A stretch of DNA of 64,000 bases from the NCBI RefSeq assembly GCF_036365525.1, contig NC_090381.1, forward strand, positions 53,473,401 through 53,537,400, given 5' to 3'. Both the position numbers and the translations under genes were made by a program. Below, piece after piece: positions 47,598 to 60,729 of the stretch (position 1 is the first letter of the stretch; every line of letters begins with the position of its first letter). The DNA comes from Heterodontus francisci. Its lineage: Eukaryota. A model generated the notes under the pieces. It was not told where the DNA came from, searched no databases, and was given only the letters and a program-made list of their open reading frames with translations.

Positions 47598-48042
47598 ATG
47601 ATGAAGGGTTTGTCTTATGAAGAGAGATTGAGTGGTTTTGGCCTTTACTCTCCAGAGTTTAGAAGAATGAGAGGAGATCTAATTGAGATATACAAGATGA
47701 TTAAGGGGATTGACAAAGTAGATGTAGAGAGGATATTTCCTCTTGTGGGGCAATCTAGAATGAGAGGTCATAGTTTTCGGATAAGGGGAAGCAGATTTAA
47801 AACAGAGATGAGGAGAAATTACTTCTCTCAAAGGGTCGTGAGTCTGTGGAATTCACTACCTCAGAGTGCGGTGGATGCCAGGACATTGAGTAAATTTAAG
47901 GAGGCGATAGGTAGATTTTTAATTAGTAACAGGCAGGAAAGTGGAGTTAAGGCCGAGATGAGATCAGCCATGATCGTATTGAATGGCGGAGCAGGCTCGA
48001 GGGGCTGAATTGCCTACTCCTGCTCCTAGTTCTTATGTTCTT
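47598..48042 (+). mobile_element. CR1 LINE 3' end fragment
   Basis: LSYEERL...RGDLIEIYK...FSQRVV; similar to 35910-36345; tail ttcttatgttctt. Confidence 0.85.
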
Positions 48043-48711
48043 AACATTCCCTGATCATGTGGTACTGGCACCCTCCAAAATTCCCCAAAAAAGTTAAAAA
48101 TACTGCCCTGTAGATTTTAAATTATTTTTAATCCCACTTGAAGGATGGGTCTTATTCATTCTTGCTTGTGTCCATTTCTACCTGAGGGAAGTTTACTTGT
48201 TTGAGTAATAATAAATATCTGACTGGACATGGCGGAATAGAATAATTTCTGCATTAAGGTATATTCAGTTTTAGTGATAATTAATGGAAACCCCCAATGG
48301 CATTACATAAAGAGCCAAAAAGCATGAAGCCAAGCTTTGTTTTTGTTTCAGTAACAAGTAGTTCTGGCGGGAATTTGATATTGTATTTCTCTGTTCTGTT
48401 GGTAGAATGCAACTCAATTCCAGAGACCAATCGGCCTGATATCCGACCACTAAATTCTACAATAATCTTCATAGGATGCCTTTATAATTGTGCTGTCAAA
48501 AGTCTCTGTTAAACAGCCAAAAAAGTGAATGCTCACTTACTCATCAGAATTGTTCCTTTCGACAGTTTTTGTGGTTTACTTTGATTTTCTCGTCAAGTTA
48601 CGAAAAAGCTGATCCTTAACTGAATGAGAGGAAACAGAAATTGACATGACGAGCTAGTTACTGTCAATATTGTTATATAAGACTTGAAAAATGGTTGTTC
48701 TTCTTTTACAG

Positions 48712-48765
48712 GTACCACTGAATGACATGTTTGGATATGCCACAGAACTGCGGTCTTGCACAGAG
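48712..48765 (+). CDS. GFM1: Mitochondrial EF-G1 exon (human exon 17 equivalent)
   Basis: tttacag|GTA CCA...ACA GAG|gtatat, 54 nt; VPLNDMFGYATELRSCTE. Confidence 0.97.
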
Positions 48766-49091
48766 GTATATCACCGAGCATTTCAAAGTGCCTCGCTTAC
48801 ACGGCTTTCTATTTCATCACTGGCTCTCCGAGGCTACTCATTCTCTTAATTTCTTAAAATAAAAATGCTTGATGTAGCATTAAAAACGTAGGGAGCTGAA
48901 GATCAGTTATTAGTGATAAATAAAGCTTTAGATTTCATTTGTACTTGATATAATGAAAAATTAAGAATTGATCAAGTGTACTAACTCTTTGAACTGATTA
49001 GAATTGCTGTAACTAAATGGGTGAACATTTTAAAAGGTTTGTTTGAACAAACGCAAGATTTGTTCTAACCTTTCTAACTTATGTTTTACAG

Positions 49092-49223
49092 GGTAAAGGT
49101 GAATATACAATGGACTACAGCAGATACCAGTCATGTCTGCCCAGTGTGCAGGAAGAGCTGGTCAATAAATACCTAGAAGCAACTGGTCAACTACCAGTTA
49201 AAAAGGGAAAAGCCAAGAACTAA
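49092..49223 (+). CDS. GFM1: Mitochondrial EF-G1 last coding exon (human exon 18 equivalent)
   Basis: tttacag|GGT AAA GGT...AAG AAC TAA; [43 protein letters not shown] stop. Confidence 0.97.
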   Translation, partial: GKGEYTMDYSRYQSCLPSVQEELVNKYLEATGQLPVKKGKAKN

Positions 49224-50596
49224 AAGTCAATGTCAGTTGATTTTTCAAGAATGTTGGCTTAACTTTTCACAGCTTGATATCTCTTTCAAGAACATAAAAA
49301 AAACTGGCACTGCAGTTGGAAGCATTTTTGTCAGTGACACCTACACATAAGAATTCTGTAAGTTTCTTCCTTTGACAAGACAAACAGCAATCGCTACATC
49401 TCATGAACTGGCGGAATACAGTGTCACTTTATATTTTTCAAATTGTCTAATTTTGAAGGAGACTGATTATCACAAGGTTACACACTGACATTTATTTCTT
49501 CATATTGTATCTCTGAAAGTGCTGCTTTTTTTGATGATCACAGGTGGAAATTAGCAGAACTTTTTGAAAAGGGTTTGTTATCTGGTAATGTTGATATTAA
49601 AATCCTGATCCAAAGCATAACATTTTCCCCAATTATCACCTATATTTTAATTGAGTGCAGCCATTATTGTCAGTTAAATTTCAATTGGATCCTGTATCGC
49701 TTGTAGAAATCTGATTAGATTTTTATTTAAATTTCTGTTCATATAAAGGGGTACTACATTCATCCAACATTTTTTTTTTCAGAAATTCATATTTTTGAGG
49801 ATGGACAAGAGCCATATTTCAGTACAATGATCTTGTGCCAGTTACGCAGTGTTGTGTTATTTATTTAGATTATTTACCACATTCTGTTTTAATCAACAAA
49901 AAAAGCTTACCGTATCAGTTTTTTCATAAAGACTGTGCCCTTTTAAATATGCTGTCATATAAAAGTGGGATATTTTTATCTGGAGTTGATGATTCAGGCT
50001 TCCCAAAGTGAACTTCAAGTTGTCTCCCTGTGCTTTTATCTTTTGGATTTACTGGCAACTTGGATCAAGTCATGAAACTAAAAGGAATGACGTAGATGGT
50101 GAAGTTTGTGTTCCTTAAATGAAAAAAGTTCTTTTTGTGATTATTCCCTTTTATTACAAAAAGTCTTTGTGTCTTGCAAGTTGTTTATTTTTTCCTCTAC
50201 ATGCTCCATGCAGTGCATAGTGCCTTGGTTTCCTATCTCCTCCCACTGCTATTCTGTACCTATTGCTTGGAAGTACCTGGCTGATCAATTTTTCTATCAC
50301 TATCTATAGAGAAGCATCTGACTTTTATTCTCCCAGCTGATACTGGATCCTCAAGATACAAGCATTAGCGTGGTATATTGGTGCATCAGGGTAGGCTGCA
50401 TTATTGCTTGATTGCTTCAGCAGTTTAATAAACTGCCGGTTGTCATATCTGCAGAATTTGTTTCCTCTCCATTTGTACACTTGAATTCGATAAGTGAGAA
50501 GGAAAAAGACCAAAGCAATTTTTTTTTTTGGTAAAATGACGAGCAAACAAACAAGAACATTCTCTTGATTTTGGTTTTGAGGGTTTGCTTCTCGAA

Positions 50597-50968
50597 ACAT
50601 AGAAAATAGGATCAGGAGTAGGCCATTCGGCACTTCGGGCCTGCTCCGCCATTAAAAAAGAGATCATGGCTGATCACTTAATTCAGTAGCCTGTTCCCAC
50701 TTTCTTCCCATATCCCTTGATCTCTTTGGCATTAAGAAATATATCTATCTCCTTCTTGAATATATTTAACGACTTGGCCTCCACTGCCTTCTGCAGTAGA
50801 GAATTCCACAGGTTCACCACCTTCTGAGTGGAAAAAATGTCTCATCTCGGTTCTAAATGGCATACTCCATATCCTGAGACTGTGACCCCTGGTTCTGGAC
50901 TCCCCAGCCATTGGGACCATCCTCCCTGCATCTAGCCTGTCTACTCCTGTTAGAATTTTATAGGTTTC
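50597..50968 (-). mobile_element. CR1 LINE 3' end fragment
   Basis: ETYKILTGVDRLDAGRM...TRGHSLR; reverse-complement CR1 tail acatagaaaataggatcaggagtaggccattcgg. Confidence 0.8.
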
Positions 50969-51539
50969 TGCATTAAAATATTTTAAATTCAGCAATTGAC
51001 GTAAGCAGTGATTTATTTGAACACAGCTTTACTTTGTACTGGATTGTATTGTATTTCCCTTGTATTTACTGAATTTGGTTTCCTGTTTTTAATATATTTT
51101 ATATCTGAGAGCATTGTTTATAAACTCTATCAGAGCAGGTATTTTACTATGTTTCATTTCTCATTTATATTAAAACCTTAAATGTTTCTCAAACTTTCTC
51201 TACACATGCTGAACTTTCCTGTAGAACAAGAAGATTTAACACTGATGGTAGACTGGTTTTTAATTAATCCCTAAAGAAAAAACAGGGCCCAGTTGGGGGA
51301 AAAAATGGCAGAACTGCACAGAGGCAGAAAAGTTTTGTATTCAGTCACATGGCTACCTATCTGTTTTTGCTTATTTTGGTTTGATTTAATAGTCCACTAT
51401 CACCCACTGGTAGGACCAAGCTTTACAACAGCAACTCTTAGAGAATAGCTTTCTGATTGTTGCTGGACTGTAATACAGAGACCACAGGGAGACTTTGGCG
51501 AGCAAGTCAACCCCAATCTGCATTGCATTCACTTTTTCA

Positions 51540-51562
51540 TTAATGCCAGCCTTGAATCAGCT

Positions 51563-51593
<31 letters not shown>

Positions 51594-51966
51594 ACGTTCA
51601 ACCCTTAATCCAGAGACTAGAGCACATAACCCAGACTGACCCTTCAGTGTTAGACTGAAGGAGTACTGCTGTACTGAAGGTGTCGTCTTCTGGATGAAGT
51701 GTTAAATGGAAGCCCTGTTTCAAATAGATATAAATGTTCCATGGATACTCTTCAATGGAGTGCAAAGATGTATTAGTGACCTGGCCAATATTAATCCTTC
51801 AACCAAAATTGCTAAAACAAAATTGGTCATGCATATGATTTATGTTTGTGGCACATTGCTGTGCACAAATTGACTGCCTTCATTTCGACCATGGCTATAC
51901 TTCAAAACGCACTTCATTGACTTTGCAATGTCCTGACGTTCCAAGAGATGCTATATAAATGCAAGA
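51540..51966 (+). mobile_element. Old SINE, probably DeuSINE/SacSINE1-like
   Basis: Head gcactcttgcctctgagtcagaagg...; central ctggccaatatt..ccttcaacc and ttgctgtgcacaaattg blocks; L2-type tail gctatataaatgcaag. Confidence 0.5.
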
Positions 51967-52279
51967 AATTTCCTTCCTGAACCACAACTGTTTTTCATTT
52001 GTGTTGAATCACTCTTTTATATTGTAAGGCAGCAAGAGGAACTGTTGTGCATGCAGATTCATGCCTGTGCAGCTGCACCAGATTTTGGTACCTCTAAGCA
52101 TGCGTGGACTTTTCTGTGCAATTAGTGCAGCTTTATGGATCTGCCTTGGATGTTGAGGTGGACACTGTTGAGATGAAATGCTACAAAGCACAATGCTTGC
52201 ATCGAAGCTTGAACCAAGAAATCATCTGTCCACAGCCAGCCCAAAGTGATGGACTTAATATCATGAACTTGGGTACTTA

Positions 52280-55200
52280 CTCTCAGGTGGTGTTGCCAGT
52301 GTCTACCCGCTGGAAGGACGTCTCCACTTATGGATGCTTCGAAATGGCTTTGAATGTCTGCTAATGAGGATGGTCTGGAGAATCTACTCAGTTACTGGCT
52401 GGGCCTTTTGTTAGACCTCTGGCCTTGTAATGTGCAGCAGTGTTTCAGATGCAAATTGCAGTGGCCGGTTTGGCTGCCAGTCTTTTTTTTAAGTTAGCTG
52501 TAAGATTTTCTCCGTTAAAAGTCTAATGTAAGTTTCCAACCGATGATTTTAGTATTTCCCATTTGGCATATAGTGTTTTCTTGACACCTCCGCACAATGC
52601 AGAATGAAATGTGATGGTAGGAGCATTTTGTTAGTTGTGGAAAAGAGAAAAAAAGAAAACACACATTCATTCTTCACACTCACTCCTCAAATTCACTCAA
52701 TACTCTTAGAATTGCTGCAGCTGGCTTTGTCTGCAACAGCTATGCTGATTAAATTTTTTGCAGTTTTGTCTGGGATGGTCATGTGTTGTCAAATCACAGA
52801 ATCACAATTGTTACAGTGCAGAAGGAGGCCATTCAGTCTCTGAAAGAGCAATTCCCTCAGTTCCATTTCCCTGCCTTCTCCCCGTAACCCTGCACATTCT
52901 TCCTTTTCATATTACGGTCTAATTTCCTTTTGAATGCTTCAGTTCAACCTGCCTCCACCACTTTCTCAAGCAGCGCATTCCAGACCTTAACCACTCATTA
53001 CATGAAAATGTTTTTCCTCATATCACTTTTGCTTCTCTTACCAATCATGTCAGTTTTGTTCTTACCAAATGGGGTTAAAGTTTCTCTAGTATCAATTTGG
53101 AATACCTTGGGAATGTGCACCTCAATAAACATGTGGTTGTTGGTGAAGCTTGGGGTCTGCAAATTTCCATTGTTGTTTAAGGGACGTTCTCCTGTGTGTA
53201 CAAGCTTTAACCCCTCAACTGCTGTTTTTGCAACACGTGGCTTTAACCATTTAGGTTCCAGTACATTGATAATTTTTCTCCCTAAAGTGAAAGTGGGTAA
53301 TAAATTGTTTTTTTAGCCCCTGTGAGATGTCTGAGATTTCCTGTGGGCCCTTGTTCTTGCTGAATTCTGAATTGAAATTGCTGGGTTTGATTCGCTTTGG
53401 GTTTGGGATCTGATCATTGGGTTCTTCATTTGGTAGATCCACACTGATCTCACTTTTAGTTTTCTGGTAAGTCATACAAGTGCTGTTGACTTTTGGGCAT
53501 TTTTCTTTACCTTTTCCCTTTACTGTGGGGAGGGTCTCTTTGCTAATCTGCCCCATGCCCTCTGGGACATTCCTGCTCGCAGGTGTCTGTTCAGCTGTCA
53601 CGGCACTCCCCTGTGGCACTTCGACTAGGAGGTCACCTCCCTTCCTGTTGATTTGCCACCTTGGGAACGTTCCTTGTCCCTGCAGGTTTCTGTAAATGGT
53701 GTTAGCAGCCTTGGTAGGGTTCCTCTTTGTCCTGCATTTACGTAGGAGGGTGTGGGTCTAATTTTCCCAATATTTCAGGGTTGGCTAACTGGACAGTCGG
53801 AGGTTGAGAATCCTCCCGGCCCTCCTCTAACCCGTCCTCACCATGCTTTTCGTCCCCTTCCTCCCTAGCTGTCTGACAGACCTGTGGTTGTCTGTCCCCT
53901 TTTGTTTTCGGTAGGGGTTCCACACAATCCACCAGCACTCTGCTGAAGGGTTCCCTAAAAGCCAGTATGGGAATTCGGGATACAGGTTTTATTGTAGGTT
54001 GGGGCTTCGCCACAACCTGGTACGTATGGCAAGTTTTACAGAACTCCCCCACATCTTTGTGGAGATTTGGCCAGTCAAAATGCTGTCTTATGCAAGATTG
54101 GGTTTTTTGTACACCGACATGACCAGCCATTGGAAGTTCGTGGGCCATTCTTAATATTTCTTTAGGGTACTTTGGCGACACCACCATCTGGTGAACTACT
54201 GTCCACTCTTCGTCTGCAGGTCTGTGAGGAGGTCTCCACTTCCTCATCAGCACCTCATTCTTTAAGTAGTCGCACTCAGGGACTCCCTGTGCTTCAGTTT
54301 CAGATTGGGCAGTCTGTGCTAACTTTTTTAATACTGGGTTGGCTTGCTTTGCCTCAACTAGGGGAGATCTATGTAACCCATCCCTTCGGTCCACTAAGTT
54401 CCCAAAGAAGGTTTTAGATAACCAGATCGTAGGGTCATCTGCCTGCAGTGCCAGTTCAGCTTCCTCCGATGGAGCTTGTTTGGCCATGGACTGAGTCACC
54501 ACTCAGTCAGGGGAAAAGCTGGGGACTCTCTCCTGCAACTGCTCGGTCTCCCTGACCTCTTTTGGTCTCTCTAAAACTACTGGGGAAACTACCACTTTCA
54601 CCCCCACCAGATCATTACCCAGGAGCAGGTCGATCCATTCCACAGGCAAACTAGGGACAATCCCCATGGTCACCAGTCCTGAAATCAGGTCACTCTCCAG
54701 GTGCACCCGATATAAATGTACGGGCATATACTGCCCTCCGATGCCATTCACGAACACTGCACTCTCTGGAGGAAATCTCATGCCTTTTCCCACTTGAGAG
54801 ATATGGGGTCACTTTTCCTTGGGATACAAAATCCTGATAACCTTCAGAGATTTTGTTAATTTTTCCCACATTCTCAGCAGTAGGTTTACTGGGTCTTACT
54901 GCCGCAGTTAAAGCCACAGCCTGCTCTGCTTTCCATCAGGGCCCCTTCTGCACTGATCTGGTGTGCTCTGATCAATTCTACAGGTGTTTCTCATAATCTC
55001 CAGCAGTCAGCCCCAAGGTGACCTGCCTTGTTAGAGTGGAAGCACACAGGTCTTCAGGTCTCACTCCTGCTCTCAGTACTGTCTTTTTTTGGCTTGAGGA
55101 GGGCCCCCTGTGTGTACAGCTTTCCTTTCTCGCCCAGGGCTGCTATCATCCTCCCACCTCTTATTCTTTTTGGCATTGTGGCGGTGATGACGGAAGGGTT

Positions 55201-57334
55201 TCCTTTGAGTTATGGGCTTGTGTACAAGAGTAAATTCGTCAGCCAGAACTGCGGCTTGCTAGCTCTTTGAACCTTTTGTTCCTCTATGTGGGTTTTAATA
55301 GAAAGGGGAAGTGAGTTTTTAAATTTCTTGAGAAGGATTACCGCTCTGAGAGTTTCATATGTGGGCTGTACCTTAAGTGCCCGTATTCACTCGACAAAAG
55401 CAAGCTGCTTAACTCTTTCAAACTCAAGGTAAGTTTGGTCAGGCTACTTCCGGAGGGTTTGGAATTTCTGGTGGTACGCTTCCAGTACGAGCTCATATGC
55501 CCCCAGGATAGCATTTTTAGTCATCTTATTATCTGATGAGCTTTCATCTTGCAACAGTGAATAAACCTCAAAGGCTTTTCCTGTTAGCTTTCTTTGTAAC
55601 AACAGGGTCCAGCTCTCGGACAGCAATTTCAGCTGTCTTGCAAGCTTTTGAAAAGTGACAAAAAATGCTTCCACATCCCCCTCATTGAAATTTGGAATCA
55701 ACTGGGAGAACTTAAAGAGCTAAGCACACAGCCCTGAGCTAGGGGTAGCTCCCTTGCTAGCTGTGCTTTCATTGGGGTATTGAGTCGCTGTCTAGTTAGT
55801 TCCAGTTGTCTTAATTCCCTTTGAAAAGCTCGCTGTTTTTCCCTTTCTTGATTCTCTGCTCATTTTCTCTCTAGAATTTGAACTCTAGTTTCCTCTGTTC
55901 TAATTGTATTTTTGCGAACATTACTCTGTCTGTTCCTGAATCTTCAGGTTCAAGTGAAAAATGGTTGGCTAAAAGTCTTATGATTTCGGATTTCCTAGCT
56001 TTCAAATGGAGAGTTAATGCCCAGCTACATTCCTCAACATTTCAATAGATAGGGCATTTAACCTGTCCCAAGTTACTTCACTCTGGCTTAGGAAGGTGTG
56101 ACATGTGGACATGTTAGTATTCTAGCAGTGACAACCACAAGAAAACATATATTGAAGTTTTTGAATTTTTCTTTGCTCGGGATCAGTTTGGTTTCCCACG
56201 TCTAATTTCTTGTTTGGAGTTGGGTTACGATCCCAGACTCTCGCCCCCAAATTTCTGTTACTGCCAAGTGAGGAGGGGGGTCACAGTCGTCCTTCATGCC
56301 CTTCCTCTTATTTGACTGCAACAGAGTCTATTCCTTTTAAACACCACCTCTGTGAGTGCTTCACCTTTTAAATTTACTGAGATCATGAAAGAACCAATCG
56401 GACAGGTTTTCTTGAGTTTAAAAAAAGCAAGAGGTAAGTTTATTATACATAATCTAACCCTGATTTAAAAATAATTTTAAAAATGCTACACATTCATGCA
56501 TACATTCACACAAGGATCGCACACACACCTAACATAGTAGAAAGTAGGTTTTTGGTTGGATTAAAGTCCAGTATAAATAAAAGTTAAATATACCGTTGTT
56601 GGAGTTGGATGATTCAGTGGTCTTCCGGCGGAAGCTGTATTCTTGAAGACCTTGGCTTGTCTAAGTGCACTTTGCAGCTGGCCTGCTTTGCTCAGGGTTT
56701 TCTTGAAGGCAGACTGGCAGGTGGCTCTCTTCCTCTGGTCTCTTCCCGTAGCTGTCTGTAGGCTTGGAGGGTCCACAGTCGCTGATGGTTTTCAAACTTG
56801 ATATTTTCTGGGGAGAGAGAAAGAGAAAAAGCAACGGAGGCACACAGCTTTCTGTGCTGCTGCTGCAGTCTCAGTTATTGCTTGAGTCTTGAGTGTGTAA
56901 CAAAACTCCCAGTTATTTTTCCAGAGGTGGACAGATGGTCACAAGGTTCTCTCAGTCCCCTTTGTTTTTAAATGAGGTCCAAAGTCTAAAACCCACAACC
57001 CCTCTCAGGTGGTGTTGCCAGTGTTTAACCCCCTGGAAGGACGTCTCCACTTATGAATGCCTCGAGATGGCTTTGAATGTCCCACTAATGAGAATGATCT
57101 GGATAATCTACTCCGTTAGCCAAAGCATTGTACCGGCTGGGCGGCTTGTTCAACCTCTGGCTCTGGTTGGGGACTTGTAATGTGCAAAGGTGTTACAGAT
57201 GCAAATTGCAGTGGCCATTTTGGCTGCCAGTTTTTTTTTTAAAGTTAACTAAGATTTTCTCCATTAAAAGTCTAATGTAAGTTTCCAACTGATTGATTAA
57301 TATTTCTCATTTGGCATATAGTGTTTTCTTGACA
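52280..57334 (-). mobile_element. Second, internally deleted Gmr1-like Gypsy element
   Basis: 5' LTR 57334-56256 (TGTCAAG...TAACA), then a PBS-like tgggggcgagagtctgggat (tRNA-Pro-like); gag AYELVLEAYHQ; protease region DLLLGNDL; integrase zinc finger H.L...HVG...C..C; partial 3' LTR 52586-52280 matches 57334-57002; no RT/RH recognised. Confidence 0.85.
52793..53045 (-). mobile_element. CR1 3' fragment inserted in the Gypsy element
   Basis: atcacagaatcaca...gaaggaggccattcag, cctgcctccaccac...gcattccaga: reverse-complement CR1 3' end. Confidence 0.6.
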
Positions 57335-57708
57335 GGCAATTAACTAATTAAGTTGACCTACATTACAATCTTTGCATAAATATACTAAAGAGAAGTAAAG
57401 TTACATGCTTTCAAATATGTGACAGGTCACTGAACTTTTAACAATCAAAATCTTTATACAAACATTCTTTATCATTTTGGCAACGTCGCACGATATAAGA
57501 ACTAGTTCAGATGAACTAACTGTATGCTTTATTTTGTTATGATGTCATTATAGTTGCCCCTAAATTTCACAGACAGGTAGGATAGGTCAGCTGTTGTTTT
57601 TCCACTAGTTTTAAGGGCATTCTCTAACCGCACCCCACTCCCCCCCCCCCCCCCCCCCCCCAGTGTCACATTTATTTGACTTTCGGAGCCAAACCATATT
57701 GTTTTAAA

Positions 57709-58414
57709 GGGCCAGATTTTGCTGCATAAATATTTAGGCTAACAGTGCTCACAATTATTAACCTGTAAATTGGACAGCAACTTCCGGCGATCGCATGTAC
57801 ACAGTTAAAACACAAATCAGGAATTTGTTGATCAAGTTACCCTGCTGTTACAGCAGTTTTGCTATTCCTGACCGGTATATCGCTGAAAACTCAGCATTGA
57901 AATAGATTGAATTGTGTGAGGTTGCTGTACCCACTGAACTTGCCAGAATAATTTCGGGCTTGTCTATTCCAGTGATGATTCTTACTTACTGCCAAACAAC
58001 CTTTCTCGCACTGAAAAGTAACATTTACAAGTGTGGAGTCTCATTCTTTCAGATTTTAATTATTCGTATTTATTAAAAAATTTAAACTTTTTCTTTTTTC
58101 CTTTTCTGTTACTCATCTCGTAATCCTATTTTTTTATCTTTCACTTTTTGTGCCTGATTTGGCATTGAATTGAATATTCTAACTTACACTTCCTGATCAG
58201 ACTCTGCACTGCTCATTAACGTTTCTTCAATCTGATTGAGGAGATACACAGTTGCTTTCCCAGATCGCACAGGTCCCAGATCCCCTGTAGGAACTGCTGC
58301 ACCCTTTTGGCTTTTTACAGTAAGTACCTGTGCAAAATTCCATAGAAAGTCTTTGGGCAAGTTTAATGAATGGCTGGCTAGCATGCTTTGTTCGCCATTA
58401 GCAAATTCCAGCCC
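57709..58414. mobile_element. Non-autonomous TIR element (MITE-like)
   Basis: Imperfect TIRs gggccagattttgct ... agcaaattccagccc. Confidence 0.55.
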
Positions 58415-59144
58415 ACTATGTTTTTGCAGAAAGGACTAGTTTTTAGCTATTTCAGGTACTTAATGCCTGTGTCTAGTATATATTTCTCTTCTCAGTGATT
58501 CAGTGGAACGGGGAAGAGAGGAGAATGTGAAATTCCTTGCTGTAACTCCCAAAAAATTAGTGTTCGGTCTGGTAGAATCTTAGCTCGTGTCTCACTTTAG
58601 TTTTAGCTTCAAGGATATTATATCCAAATATACCTCACTTTGTTTTAATGAGGCCCTTTAATGTCCTCATGGCACCATAGTCTACGATTCTGAAATTGTT
58701 AAATGTGTGATTTAAAATGTCTTACTTGGAAGACAGCATTATGAATAACATTATTTTGGCCCACAGGAATAATAACTGCAAACATTAGTTGTAGACCATT
58801 TGGCCTTATACTTTTATTTGGGCAAGAGATCATACGCTCATTTTATTTGCCTCTGCTGCAATTAGATGAGGATCATCGATTTTACTATGTTAATGTGCAC
58901 TGAATGTTTTGTCTTAATGTTCACAGCACTCATACTTTTAGGATGCTATTTTGAGTAATTTGGTGATAAAGCAGAGTACAGCAACATGGGTAATGAATCA
59001 TATTCTCCATTGCACCATTTGGCTGGTAAATGTTCCAGAAGTCAAGGTCCATTCTACTTGTTCCACAGCTAGTTAAACCTCTCTTAGGTTTTTATTGACA
59101 GTGTCTGTAATGTAGCAGTGTAGAGTGCTTCACTAGTTTTTCAT

Positions 59145-59510
59145 TTGTTTGTTCATAGGATGGAGTATCACTGGCAAGGTCAGCATTTATTGCCCATCTC
59201 TAATTGCCCTTGAGATGATGGTCATGAGTCGCCTTCTTGAACTGCTGTAGTCCATATGGTTAGTGTTAGCTAGGGAGTTCCAGAATCTTGACCCAACGAT
59301 GATGAAAGAATGGTGATATTTCAAGTCAGGGTGGTGTGTGACTTGGAGGGGAACTTCAGGTGGTGGTGTTCCTATCTGCTGCTGTCCTTGTTCTCAGGTA
59401 TTAGAGGTCACAGGTTTGGAATGTGTTGTTGAAGAAGCCTGGGCAAGTCGCTCCAGCGCATCTTGTAGCTGGTACACACTGGAGCCATGGTGTGCCAGTG
59501 ATAGAGGGAG
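59145..59510 (-). mobile_element. 3' fragment of the LINE family seen at 16860-20105
   Basis: cagcatttattgcccatc.ctaattgcccttgaga... aligns by eye with 16900-17250. Confidence 0.8.
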
Positions 59511-60037
59511 TTAACCAGACAGTACTGTTTAAATTGGTGACAACTCGGGAAAATGCATTTGGCAGATTTGTTTTGGCAGCAGGGATTGGGACGTCCCTGG
59601 TACAGCCATCCTGATCCTAAATTGTTACTACTTTAGAATAGCTCCTCGGGTGTGTGAGAAATGCCTGAATAACAAAGAAAATAGGATTACCCACATTTTA
59701 GGATCTTTGTCATTCCCTCTGGCCCTATGAAGTTATTTTGTGCTTCGGACATTTAGAAGGAGGTATTTTTGGGATATTACAGATCAGAATTAACTCGGCC
59801 GTCATGCAGGTCTTGGGCTTTTATGTAGGGTAGGTGTCAGGATAACCATGGGGAAGAGGCCAGATGGTGTCAGAACAGAAAAGCCATGGTTCAACCGAAT
59901 CAATTAAGATTATATAAGTTCCTTTGATGTACAATGGATGATATAAGTGAAAGAATAAGCCGGTACAAGTTAGGTAAACATACTTTATCATTCAGTGGAT
60001 CCAGTAAGGTTTCTACAGAACCCTGCACAAAGACATT

Positions 60038-60724
60038 GGCTGGGATTTTATGGGGCGGCGGTGGCTCTGTCCACTGACCAGAAAGTCGGGGGCAACCCGA
60101 CTTCTGCCAGTCATGGAAACCGCAACTGGATTTTATGTTGTTCAGGCAGTTAATTGGCTACAGTCATGGCTTCCACCTGGAGCAGTGGCCATTGCTGCGA
60201 GTGCAGCAGGCCCCAGAGCAGCAGTCATTGAGGCAGCCCAGAGTGCAGGTAAGTTGGCTCAGGGCTTGCAACGACTCATCAGGCAGGCCCTGGCAGGAGG
60301 CGGGGTGGGCGTTATCTCAATTATCAGGGGAGGAGAGGCTTCCGGCAGGAGCAGCCCTGGCTATTGCGGGCAGACCCTCTGTGGGCCACAGGGTGCCCAA
60401 TTATGAGGGACCTGCCCTGTCATTCCACCACCTGCCCCCGTGAGCCTGCAGGGATGCTGCCAAGGTATACCTGGCAGTCTGACTATGTGGCGAGGTGCCC
60501 ATTTATTAATTGGCCCCTTAAGGGGCTCAATTTGCCTAAGAGCAGGCAGGCCACCCGTCACCTACCCTGCCACTAGTATAATGCCAATGGCAGCAGGAAA
60601 GTGACAGGTACCCACCATCCCACCTGTTTATATGCTCCCCCCCCCACCTCCCAGCCCACTCCCAGGGGAGTAGTGGAGGCGTGAGGGGGCGGGGGGTAGA
60701 GGGGGGAGATGTAAAATCCCGGTC
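60038..60724. mobile_element. Non-autonomous TIR element (MITE-like), GC-rich
   Basis: Imperfect TIRs ggctgggatttta ... taaaatcccggtc. Confidence 0.5.
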
Positions 60725-60729
60725 TTACA

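Noticed and set aside
52009-52191. Minus ORF containing PPQHPRQIHKAALIAQ, reminiscent of LXN exon 1 (PP...RAALVAQ)
   Set aside because: The following YINY..G(T/S)P motif is absent, I saw no suitable phase-0 donor, and it lies 22 kb away beyond five GFM1 exons. Probably coincidental, though a tblastn would settle it.
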